28,252 nt of DNA. Source: Clostridia bacterium. GTDB lineage: Bacteria > Bacillota > Clostridia > Oscillospirales > Acutalibacteraceae. A program made the translations under genes and the position numbers. The DNA is taken from contig JAFOXT010000409.1 in assembly GCA_017425745.1 (NCBI GenBank), forward strand, positions 1-28,252. Reading direction: 5' to 3'. The notes beneath the pieces are model-generated. The model searched no databases and was not told where the DNA came from. It saw nothing but the letters and a program-made list of their open reading frames with translations. Below are positions 17,074 through 24,977 of the stretch, piece after piece (position 1 is the stretch's first letter; each line of letters opens with the position of its first letter).

Positions 17074-17110
17074 AAAAAAATCCTTGAAATTACAAAAGTA
17101 ACTTCAAGGA
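17074..17110 (-). terminator. Terminator of the Leu T-box leader
   Basis: TCCTTGAAGTTAC-tttt-GTAATTTCAAGGA followed by TTTTTTT. Confidence 0.92.
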
Positions 17111-17368
17111 CGAATATAATCCGTGGTACCACCTTGTTTATCGCACTGTTGCGATCACTCTTCAAGACTCTGACAAGCCTTTAGCCATGATAACGGGGCA
17201 TCCGTGATTGCCTACACAACAAAAAGCCTTCAGCAATCCTGCTCAGGAACGAGACTGAAATTCAATACCCTATCGGTTTTCACCAACCACCGACTCTCTG
17301 AAAGCAGCAAAAAGAACCTCATAATTCCGTCAAAGCATTTGTTAAACCATATAAATGGCTTTAAATTT
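17074..17368 (-). promoter_or_regulatory. T-box riboswitch leader, Leu specifier (CUC), transcriptional type
   Basis: Stem I with TTTGA, AGAGA and TGGTG motifs. Specifier tcagt-CTC-G-ttcc (CTC at 17251-17253), F-box CCGTTA, T-box AACAAGGTGGTACCACGG (17121-17138). Antiterminator AAGG-UGGUACC-ACGGA..UUCGU-CCUU. Confidence 0.92.
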
Positions 17369-17374
17369 TGAAGT

Positions 17375-17403
17375 ATTTTAACACATTAAACCGTAAATGT
17401 CAA
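17375..17403 (-). promoter_or_regulatory. Sigma-A promoter of the Leu T-box operon
   Basis: TTGACA (17398-17403), 17 bp, TAAAAT (17375-17380) with extended TG. Confidence 0.85.
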
Positions 17404-17427
17404 TACATTTATAAATATTTTTTATAA

Positions 17428-18060
17428 TTATTTTGTGCCGAAAATTCTGTCGCCGGCATCTCCGAGACCGGGAACGATATAGCCTTTTTCATTGAGCTTT
17501 TCATCAAGAGCTGCAACATAAACATTTACATCAGGATGAGCCTTTGTGAACGCTTCAATTCCCTCAGGAGCAGCAATAATACCCATAAAACGGATTGAAC
17601 GTGGGTTTCTGAGCTTTATCTGTGAAACAGCATCAATAGCTGAGCCGCCTGTTGCAAGCATCGGGTCAACAACAATTACGTCTCTTTCGCCGATATCCTT
17701 GGGAAGCTTGCAGTAGTATTCAACGGGCTTGAGAGTTTCTTCATCTCTGTAAAGACCGATATGTCCGATTCTTGCAGCCGGAATGAGTGAGCTTATGCCT
17801 TCAACCATACCGAGGCCGGCTCTGAGAATAGGCACAATAGCAAGCTTTTTACCGCTGATATGCTTAGCAGTCATTTTGCAGATAGGAGTTTCAATTTCAA
17901 CTTCTTCAAGAGGTAAATCTCTTGTTGCTTCATAGCACATAAGTGTTGAAATTTCAGATATAAGCGCTCTGAATTCCATTGAGCTTGTTTCTTTATTTCT
18001 GAGGATTGAAAGCTTGTGCTGGATAAGAGGATGGTCAAAAATTGTTACGTTACTGTTCAT
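17428..18060 (-). CDS. upp: Uracil phosphoribosyltransferase
   Basis: [34 protein letters not shown] motif [34 protein letters not shown] supports the ATG at 18060. Confidence 0.97.
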   Translation of the reverse strand: MNSNVTIFDHPLIQHKLSILRNKETSSMEFRALISEISTLMCYEATRDLPLEEVEIETPICKMTAKHISGKKLAIVPILRAGLGMVEGISSLIPAARIGHIGLYRDEETLKPVEYYCKLPKDIGERDVIVVDPMLATGGSAIDAVSQIKLRNPRSIRFMGIIAAPEGIEAFTKAHPDVNVYVAALDEKLNEKGYIVPGLGDAGDRIFGTK

Positions 18061-18096
18061 CAGGATACGTCCTTCCATTTCATATTTTCAATTATA

Positions 18097-18124
18097 TTAT
18101 ACACCTAACTGAATATAAATCAAT
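18097..18124 (-). promoter_or_regulatory. Putative sigma-A promoter of upp
   Basis: Minus strand TTGATT, 16 bp, TATAAT. Confidence 0.5.
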
Positions 18125-18173
18125 ACAAAATGATAAAATTTGTTGAGACACCACTATAATTAGTATAATACTC

Positions 18174-18201
18174 TTGACAAATTGACTATATGGATTATAA
18201 T
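18174..18201 (+). promoter_or_regulatory. Putative sigma-A promoter of the teichoic-acid-type operon
   Basis: TTGACA (18174-18179), 16 bp, TATAAT (18196-18201), divergent from upp. Confidence 0.65.
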
Positions 18202-18249
18202 TAAATAGATTGGATTATTATGTCCTGCCATATTTCAAGAGAGGAAGTT

Positions 18250-19647
18250 ATGAGCATGCACAATGTAAAAAAAGCTCTTCAAAAAACATTTCTTTATACA
18301 CTTGTTTATCTTAAAATTGTAAAATACTACAGAATCATCAAAAGAAAGGTTCACAAGTTCTTTTCTAAAATAAAGAAGAGAGTAAAAAAATTCATCAAGG
18401 GCAAGTGGAATGTAATTTACCGCCACTATATCCTTAAAATTCTCTATCCCAGAATTTATAAGAAATATTCGAAGCTTCCCGTTGATGAGAAAAAGGTTGT
18501 TTTTGTTGAAATAAGACTTCCGTCTCTCACCAACTCCCTTCAGCTTCTCTACGATAAGCTTTATATGGAAACTGACCTTGATTTACACTGTCATTTCCTA
18601 AGAAATACATTTGTTTCAAGAAAAGAATACAGAGAGCGCTGTAAAGCCTTCATCGCTGATATTGCAACAGCAAAATATGTATTTATGGATGAAGCAACAA
18701 ACGTAAACGGTTGCTTTGAAATGAGACCTGAAACAGTTGTAACTCAGCTCTGGCACGGTTGCGGTGCTTTCAAAAAATTCGGATTCAGTACTGCAGACGC
18801 TATTTTTGGTGCTTCAAGAAAGGATATGGAAAACTATCCCTTCAATAAAAACTATACTCATGTAACCGTAAGCAGCCCTGACGTTATCTGGGCTTACGAG
18901 GAAGCAATGAGATACACTCCCGAAAGCGGAGTTGTAAAAGCTCTCGGCAGCAGCCGTACCGATATTTTCTATGATGAAGAATTCATAAAATCAGCTTACG
19001 ATGAGCTTTATGAAAAATTCCCTGCAGCAAAGGGCAAGAAGGTAATTCTTTACGCTCCCACCTTCAGAGGCAGAGTTGCAAAGGCTAAATCTCCCAACGT
19101 TCTCAAGCTCAGAGATTTATACGAAGCCTTCGGCGATGAGTACGTAGTAATTATGAAGCATCATCCCCTTGTACGTAAGCTTCCTAAGATTCCGCAGGAG
19201 CTTATTGATACTTTTGCTGTTGACTTTACAACAGGTATGTCAATTGAAACTCTTCTTTGCGTAAGTGACATATGCATTTCAGACTATTCATCACTTGTGT
19301 TTGAATACTCAATTTTTGAAAGACCTATGATTTTCCTTGCTCACGACCTTGACGAATTTTTCGATTGGAGAGGCTTCTATTACGATTACGATGAGCTTAC
19401 TCCCGGTCCCGTTGTCAAGACAACAGAGGAAGTTATTGATTACATTTCAAACATTGACACACTTTATGATAAATCAGCAGTTCAGAAATTCAGAAGCAAA
19501 TTTATGAGTGCTTGTGACGGTCACGCAACAGACCGTATAGTTGAAACCGTATTCGGCGAAGATTATAAGAAAAACTTAAGAAGTGCTCCCCTGCCTAAAG
19601 CTCCTTATCATCTTGAGCCCAGCGCAGACGACTTCTTTAAAAAATAA
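18250..19647 (+). CDS. CDP-glycerol/ribitol:poly(polyol phosphate) phosphotransferase family protein (TagB/TagF/TarL-like)
   Basis: QLWHGCGAFKKFG, LGSSRTD, ILYAPTFRG, KHHP, ISDYSSLVFEY. RBS GAGGAAG supports the ATG at 18250. Lys-rich amphipathic N-terminus. Confidence 0.88.
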   Translation: MSMHNVKKALQKTFLYTLVYLKIVKYYRIIKRKVHKFFSKIKKRVKKFIKGKWNVIYRHYILKILYPRIYKKYSKLPVDEKKVVFVEIRLPSLTNSLQLLYDKLYMETDLDLHCHFLRNTFVSRKEYRERCKAFIADIATAKYVFMDEATNVNGCFEMRPETVVTQLWHGCGAFKKFGFSTADAIFGASRKDMENYPFNKNYTHVTVSSPDVIWAYEEAMRYTPESGVVKALGSSRTDIFYDEEFIKSAYDELYEKFPAAKGKKVILYAPTFRGRVAKAKSPNVLKLRDLYEAFGDEYVVIMKHHPLVRKLPKIPQELIDTFAVDFTTGMSIETLLCVSDICISDYSSLVFEYSIFERPMIFLAHDLDEFFDWRGFYYDYDELTPGPVVKTTEEVIDYISNIDTLYDKSAVQKFRSKFMSACDGHATDRIVETVFGEDYKKNLRSAPLPKAPYHLEPSADDFFKK

Positions 19648-19670
19648 AAATATATTTTGAGGTGAAAAAT

Positions 19671-20378
19671 ATGATATACGCAGTTATCGCAGCAGGTGGC
19701 ATCGGCAGCAGAATGGGAAACCTTGAAAAGCCCAAGCAGTACCTTACACTTAAGGACAAGCCAATTATTGCACACACTGTTGAAAAGTTCTATGTAAACA
19801 GCTATTTCCAGAAGGTTATTATTCTTTGTCCCGAACAGTGGGTTAACCATACCAAGAGTATTATTAAAAAACACGTTGGTGAAGATGAAAGAGTTGTTGT
19901 TCTTGAAGGCGGAAGCACAAGAAACGAAACAATTATGAATGCTATCAAATTCATTGAAGAAACTGACGGTCTCAACGATGATACAATTATCGTAACACAC
20001 GACGCTGTACGTCCCTTTGTAAGTGCAAGAATTATCAGCGAAAACATTGAAGCTGCTCTTAAATACGGCGCTACAGACACCGTTGTACCCGCAACAGATA
20101 CAATTGTTGAAAGTCAGAACGGCAAAATCATCAGCAACATCCCTGACAGAAGCAAGCTATATCAGGGTCAGACTCCTCAGGCATTCAAGGCAAAGCTCCT
20201 CAAGGATCTTTACTACAGCCTTACTGAAGAAGAAAAGGATATTCTTACAGATGCCTGCAAAATTTTCAGCATGAAGGGTCACGATGTTCACCTTGTTGAA
20301 GGCGAGGTACACAACATCAAAATCACCTATCCGTATGACCTCAGAGTTGCTATGACTCTTCTTGAAGAAGGCAAATAA
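19671..20378 (+). CDS. tarI: Ribitol-5-phosphate cytidylyltransferase (IspD/TarI family)
   Basis: AGGIGSRMG, GGSTRNET, THDAVRPF, QGQTPQAF, NIKITYPYDL. Adjacent tarJ favours TarI over IspD. RBS GAGGTG supports the ATG at 19671. Confidence 0.88.
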   Translation: MIYAVIAAGGIGSRMGNLEKPKQYLTLKDKPIIAHTVEKFYVNSYFQKVIILCPEQWVNHTKSIIKKHVGEDERVVVLEGGSTRNETIMNAIKFIEETDGLNDDTIIVTHDAVRPFVSARIISENIEAALKYGATDTVVPATDTIVESQNGKIISNIPDRSKLYQGQTPQAFKAKLLKDLYYSLTEEEKDILTDACKIFSMKGHDVHLVEGEVHNIKITYPYDLRVAMTLLEEGK

Positions 20379-20408
20379 TCAAAAGCTTAATCTGAAAGGA
20401 CTTAAAAT

Positions 20409-21434
20409 ATGTTAAATACAATATACAGATTGACTCAGCCGAGAAAATTTGAAATTGCATTCAGCGATATTGATATTTTCAGCGGTGATATTATTGTAAG
20501 ACCCACCTATCTTTCAATCTGCAACGCAGACCAGAGATATTATCAGGGTACAAGAGATGCAAAAGTTCTTGCACAGAAGCTTCCTATGGCTCTTATCCAC
20601 GAGGGTGTCGGCGAAGTTGTATTTTCAAGAGATGACAACTTCAAGCCCGGTGATAAGGTTGTAATGGTACCCAACACACCGACAGAAACAGATGAAATTA
20701 TTGCTGAAAACTATCTTCGCTCAAGTAAATTCAGAGCAAGTGGCTTTGACGGTTTTATGCAGGAATACATTTCAATTCCCGCTGACCGTCTTGTAAAGCT
20801 CCCTGATGATATTAATCCTGAGGTAGCTTCATTTACAGAAATTGTTTCAGTAAGTGTACATGCAATTACACGCTTTGATAAAATTGCGCATTCAAGACGC
20901 AACGTAATCGGTGTATGGGGCGACGGTAACCTTAGTTATATGACATGCATCTTCCTCAGAAAATTCTTCCCCGATGCAAAGATTTATGTTTTCGGTATCG
21001 TTCCCAAAAAGCTCAGCGACTTTACATTTGTTGACGAAACCTTCCTTACAACAGAAATTCCCGAGGATCTTAAAATTGACCACGCTTTTGAATGTGTTGG
21101 CGGTAACGGTTCTCAGGTTGCAATCAGCCAGATTATTGATTACATTAATCCCGAAGGCACAATTTCAATTCTCGGTGTAAGTGAATATCCGGTACCTGTT
21201 AATACCAGAATGATGCTTGAAAAGGGTCTTCGTATGTTCGGCAGCTCAAGAAGCGGCCGTGAAGACTTCCAGAAGACAGTTGATATGTATGAGCAGTATC
21301 CCGACATCGTTGAATATCTCAGCCATATGGTTGGCGTTGTAAAGCCTGTAAGAACTATCAAGGATATGATGGAAGCATTTGACCTTGACACAAAGAAGGC
21401 ATTCGGCAAGACCATTATGAAGTGGGAAAAATAA
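20409..21434 (+). CDS. tarJ: Ribulose-5-phosphate reductase / ribitol-5-phosphate dehydrogenase (zinc-ADH family)
   Basis: VRPTYLSICNADQRYY, MALIHEG, SKFRASGFDGFMQE, GVWGDGNLS, AFECVGG, GSSRSG. Confidence 0.92.
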   Translation: MLNTIYRLTQPRKFEIAFSDIDIFSGDIIVRPTYLSICNADQRYYQGTRDAKVLAQKLPMALIHEGVGEVVFSRDDNFKPGDKVVMVPNTPTETDEIIAENYLRSSKFRASGFDGFMQEYISIPADRLVKLPDDINPEVASFTEIVSVSVHAITRFDKIAHSRRNVIGVWGDGNLSYMTCIFLRKFFPDAKIYVFGIVPKKLSDFTFVDETFLTTEIPEDLKIDHAFECVGGNGSQVAISQIIDYINPEGTISILGVSEYPVPVNTRMMLEKGLRMFGSSRSGREDFQKTVDMYEQYPDIVEYLSHMVGVVKPVRTIKDMMEAFDLDTKKAFGKTIMKWEK

Positions 21435-21437
21435 TTC

Positions 21438-21468
21438 AATACGGCGGTCACCTGACTGCCGTATTTTT
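21438..21468 (+). terminator. Intrinsic terminator after tarJ
   Basis: AATACGGCGGTCA-cc-TGACTGCCGTATT followed by TTT. Confidence 0.8.
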
Positions 21469-21487
21469 ATAAAGATTGGAGAAGAAT

Positions 21488-22321
21488 ATGAAAGCAACAG
21501 ATATTAATATAAGAGACCCGTTTATTCTTAAAGAAAACGGAATTTATTACCTCTACGGTACAAGAGCAAGAAGCTTCGGACGATTTGTTGGCGGCTTCGA
21601 TGTTTACACTTCCACCGACCTTGAAAACTGGAGCGAGGCACACGAATGCTTTAACTCTGAAAATCACGGTATGAATATCGAGGTAAACTGGGCACCTGAG
21701 GTACATAAGTATAACGGTGACTATTATATGTTTGCAACCTTTACACGCGAAAATAAGCTTCGCGGTACCTTTATACTGAAAGCAACCTCACCAATGGGAC
21801 CTTTCGAGCCCTACAGCGAAGGGCCGGTTACTCCGGTTGAATGGGAATGTCTTGACGGTACACTTTACATTGAAAATGAAAAGCCTTACCTTGTTTTCTG
21901 TCACGAACACACTCAGATTATTGACGGTACAATCTGTTACGTTGAACTTTCAGCTGACCTTAAGAAAGCAATCAGTGAGCCTTACTATCTTTTTCATGCT
22001 ACCTCACCCTATTATGTGACAAAATCAGACGATCCTGATAAGCACTACATAACAGACGGTCCCTTTATGCACAGAAGAGAAAACGGTGACCTTTATATGC
22101 TGTGGTCAACCCACCTTAACAACAAGTACGCACAGTGTCTTGTTAAATTCACAGACAACACAATCACAGGTAATTTCACCCACGAAAAGCCACTGATTGA
22201 AAGTGATGGCGGTCACGGAATGCTCTTCAGAGATGGCGACAATCTGATGCTCACCTATCACTCACCTAATCAGACTGATTACGAGAGACCCGTATTTATA
22301 AAGCTCAACGAACTCAAATAA
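21488..22321 (+). CDS. Glycoside hydrolase family 43 protein, no signal peptide
   Basis: IRDPF, WAPEVH, CLDGTLY, TDGPF and GGHG five-bladed propeller motifs. RBS GGAG supports the ATG at 21488. Confidence 0.88.
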   Translation: MKATDINIRDPFILKENGIYYLYGTRARSFGRFVGGFDVYTSTDLENWSEAHECFNSENHGMNIEVNWAPEVHKYNGDYYMFATFTRENKLRGTFILKATSPMGPFEPYSEGPVTPVEWECLDGTLYIENEKPYLVFCHEHTQIIDGTICYVELSADLKKAISEPYYLFHATSPYYVTKSDDPDKHYITDGPFMHRRENGDLYMLWSTHLNNKYAQCLVKFTDNTITGNFTHEKPLIESDGGHGMLFRDGDNLMLTYHSPNQTDYERPVFIKLNELK

Positions 22322-22326
22322 AATTC

Positions 22327-22362
22327 AAGCAGCAAAGATTTAAATTTCTTTGCTGCTTTTTT
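22327..22362. terminator. Terminator between convergent GH43 and metallophosphoesterase genes
   Basis: AAGCAGCAAAGA-tttaaatt-TCTTTGCTGCTT followed by TTTT. Confidence 0.85.
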
Positions 22363-22363
22363 A

Positions 22364-23731
22364 TTATTTAATAAGAACGTTCCAAGCGTCAATGCCGTCA
22401 TTGTAAAGTGTTTTTGCCATTAATTCTTCAAGATCAACCTTGTTTCCGTAGTAATCTTTAAGCTTAATTACTTTGCTTAACTTTTTGATAATGGACATAA
22501 ACGCCTTGTATTCGTCAGTTTCAGGTGAATATACCTCCTGACCGCTGTACATATTTACAATTACATCGCAGATAAATTCAACAATTCTTTTATCTGCAAC
22601 TGCAGGTGCGCAGTATTTACTGCAACCAAAAAGCTTACAAAGCTTTGCCATTGTAAGTCTGTTTGCAAATTTACCCACCTTCTGAAGTATGGGCTGTACT
22701 TTTCTGAGCTTTTCACCTTCACCGCTGAAGCCCTGAGAAAGAACGATAAACTTTTCATAATCGTTTTCAACTGATTCGAATACACTCTTTATCATATATA
22801 CAAAGTGTTCCTTTGCATAATCAAGAACATCCTGACCCTTGAGATCCCAATCGATATTTTCTACCTGAATTGTTCTGATATCCATCCCTTTGTCAGAGAA
22901 GTTGACCTTTCTGTAAGCGAGAGGATAACCGGTAAGAGAACCGGTGTTGATCTGATAAAGTCGGTTGCCTTTTTTAGACTCGATGTAATTTATATCGTGA
23001 ATGTGAGTATGTCCGTCAAAAACATATCTGATTCCTAAATCTGCAAGATAAGGCGTAGTAAATTCATATCCGCCAAGCATAGCCTTATGTGAGAATAAAG
23101 GATAAACCGGTGCAGGATCAACTACAGGATGATGAGTCATTGCAAAAATTTCACAACCGGCTTTCTTTGCATCTTCAACCTGCTCTTTAATCCAGAACAG
23201 AAGGTCGTTATAATAGCCGCAAAAAGCATCGAAATCGCCGTCATCGTTAAGACAGAGTAATCTTACATCATCACTGAGCTGAACGCAATATGAGTAGGAA
23301 TTTTCATGTTCTGCAATAGCTTCACTATAGCCGAAATCATTATAGTGCGCACGAAGCTCTGCACGGGTATATTTCGGAAGGAAGGTTACACCCTCTTCGT
23401 CGGTATACTTTCTTGCTTCCATAAAGAAATCGTGAGTAGCGAAGGTGATAAAAACTCTTTTTCCGTTAGCTTTAAGGTTATTGAGCTTTTCTTTCAGTGC
23501 GTCGTGGCTCTGAACTTCACCGTCAAAGGTAAGGTCACCTGAAATAAGCACAATTTCTGTTTCTTTATCTTCAATTATGCTTTTAAAGGCTGAGTCAATA
23601 ATTGCACCGCTTTCAGCCATACATTTCTGGTCAACCTGACATTTTATATCATAAGCTTCACCGCTTGAACCGATGCGTTCATTAGCATAGTAATGAAGGT
23701 CGGTAAGGTGATAAAAATTTAAATCTTTCAT
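22364..23731 (-). CDS. Calcineurin-like metallophosphoesterase with helical C-terminal extension
   Basis: TDLHY, ISGDLT, ATHD (in place of GNHD), THHP, DGHTH. RBS AGGAG. Confidence 0.85.
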   Translation of the reverse strand: MKDLNFYHLTDLHYYANERIGSSGEAYDIKCQVDQKCMAESGAIIDSAFKSIIEDKETEIVLISGDLTFDGEVQSHDALKEKLNNLKANGKRVFITFATHDFFMEARKYTDEEGVTFLPKYTRAELRAHYNDFGYSEAIAEHENSYSYCVQLSDDVRLLCLNDDGDFDAFCGYYNDLLFWIKEQVEDAKKAGCEIFAMTHHPVVDPAPVYPLFSHKAMLGGYEFTTPYLADLGIRYVFDGHTHIHDINYIESKKGNRLYQINTGSLTGYPLAYRKVNFSDKGMDIRTIQVENIDWDLKGQDVLDYAKEHFVYMIKSVFESVENDYEKFIVLSQGFSGEGEKLRKVQPILQKVGKFANRLTMAKLCKLFGCSKYCAPAVADKRIVEFICDVIVNMYSGQEVYSPETDEYKAFMSIIKKLSKVIKLKDYYGNKVDLEELMAKTLYNDGIDAWNVLIK

Positions 23732-23749
23732 ATATTACTCCTAAGCGAA

Positions 23750-24056
23750 ATCACAGCGTAACGGGCGACACCTCATAAGGAATTAAAGCCTTAAAATTCA
23801 CTATTTTTGCGAATAACTTCGTTAAAAATGCTCGGAATCCATAAAGGATTCCTGTGCTTTTTGCCTTGTTCTTCATCAAAACTATCTGAATTTTAAGGTG
23901 CGAAGCAGTTTTTATTGAGATATTTTTTGATTTGATGAAGTGACAAAACCACCGCAATACTAGCGTATTACGGTGGTTTTTCACAATGTCAAAGCGGAAA
24001 ATAGCCAATAAAAACCTTTATTTCCTTATGAGATGCCGCCCAATATACGCTGTGAT
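23750..24056. mobile_element. 307-bp element bounded by ~40-bp imperfect inverted repeats with nested hairpins (MITE/REP-like candidate)
   Basis: 23750-23788 and the reverse complement of 24016-24056 align at about 35 of 41 positions. Internal inverted repeats at 23789-23800/23887-23898, 23834-23852, 23871-23880/23931-23940 and 23945-23980. No transposase and no clear TSD. Confidence 0.5.
23945..23980 (-). terminator. Strong hairpin, probable terminator of the iol operon
   Basis: Minus strand AAAACCACCGTAATAC-gcta-GTATTGCGGTGGTTTT; a single mismatch on the + strand becomes a G-U pair on the minus strand. Confidence 0.6.
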
Positions 24057-24065
24057 ATTTTAATA

Positions 24066-24959
24066 TTAAAGACCTGTCTTTTCTCTGATGTAGTTTCTTG
24101 CGAGAACTGCATATTCATAGGGATTAGCCTTTGCAGGATCCTGCTCAGCTTCAACAACAACCCAACCTTCGTAGCCTGCTTCGTCGAGAATATCAAAAAC
24201 AGGAGTGAAGTCGAAGTCACCGTCACCGGGAACAGTAAATGAACCTGCTCTTACTGAATCAAGGAAGCTGTATCCCTTAACCTTTGCATCTTCGATTACA
24301 TCCTTACGGATGCTCTTAAGGTGAACGTGCTTAACTCTGTTTACATACTTTTTAAGTACGCCGAGAACGTCTTCACCACTGAATGAAAGATGACCTGTAT
24401 CGAAAAGAAGGTAAACAAGGTCAGGATCAGTGATTTCCATAAGCTTGTCAATTTCTTCAGCTGTCTGAACACCTGTACCCATATGATGATGAACTGTGAA
24501 GTACATACCCTTTTCTTTAGCAAGCTCACCCATCTTGTTGAAGCCTTTTCTGATGAGTTCCCACTGTTCGTCAGTGTAAACGGGCTTTTCACCGAAGATG
24601 CTTACGTCCTTACCCTGAATGCTGTTACCCTGCTCTGAAGCACCGATAACCTTTGCACCGAGAGCGTGAAGAAAATCTCTGTGCTTGATGAAAGCTTCGA
24701 TTGTTGCATCATAACCCTCTGAAAGAAGAAGCGAGGAGAACCACGCATTACAGATTCTCATACCTCTTACGTCAAGCTTGTGCTTAAGAGTTCCAACATC
24801 TTTGGGATATTTGTTACCGATTTCGCTGCCTGTAAAGCCTGCAAGAGCCATTTCACTTACACACTGTTCAAATGTGTTTTCAGCACCGAGATCGGGAAGG
24901 TCGTCGTTTGTCCACGCGATAGGAGCGCAGGCAAGATATACTTTTTCTTTGTTAAGCAT
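24066..24959 (-). CDS. iolE: myo-inosose-2 dehydratase
   Basis: [46 protein letters not shown]. Confidence 0.96.
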   Translation of the reverse strand: MLNKEKVYLACAPIAWTNDDLPDLGAENTFEQCVSEMALAGFTGSEIGNKYPKDVGTLKHKLDVRGMRICNAWFSSLLLSEGYDATIEAFIKHRDFLHALGAKVIGASEQGNSIQGKDVSIFGEKPVYTDEQWELIRKGFNKMGELAKEKGMYFTVHHHMGTGVQTAEEIDKLMEITDPDLVYLLFDTGHLSFSGEDVLGVLKKYVNRVKHVHLKSIRKDVIEDAKVKGYSFLDSVRAGSFTVPGDGDFDFTPVFDILDEAGYEGWVVVEAEQDPAKANPYEYAVLARNYIREKTGL

Positions 24960-24977
24960 TGTTATTTCTCCTTAGAA

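Noticed and set aside
17408-17427. A/T palindrome after the upp stop as a terminator
   Set aside because: A/T-only stem is too weak and has no proper U-tract.
19671-20378. ispD (MEP pathway) assignment
   Set aside because: Direct linkage to tarJ and a TagB/TarL-like gene favours tarI; no ispF nearby.
23965-23992. TTGACA on the minus strand inside the structured element as promoter for the phosphoesterase
   Set aside because: No convincing -10 at 16-18 bp (best TAATAC) and it is buried in a hairpin.
23751-24008. 85-aa minus-strand ORF spanning the structured element
   Set aside because: No RBS, no recognisable motif, and it runs through strong hairpins; likely a chance open frame in repeat DNA.
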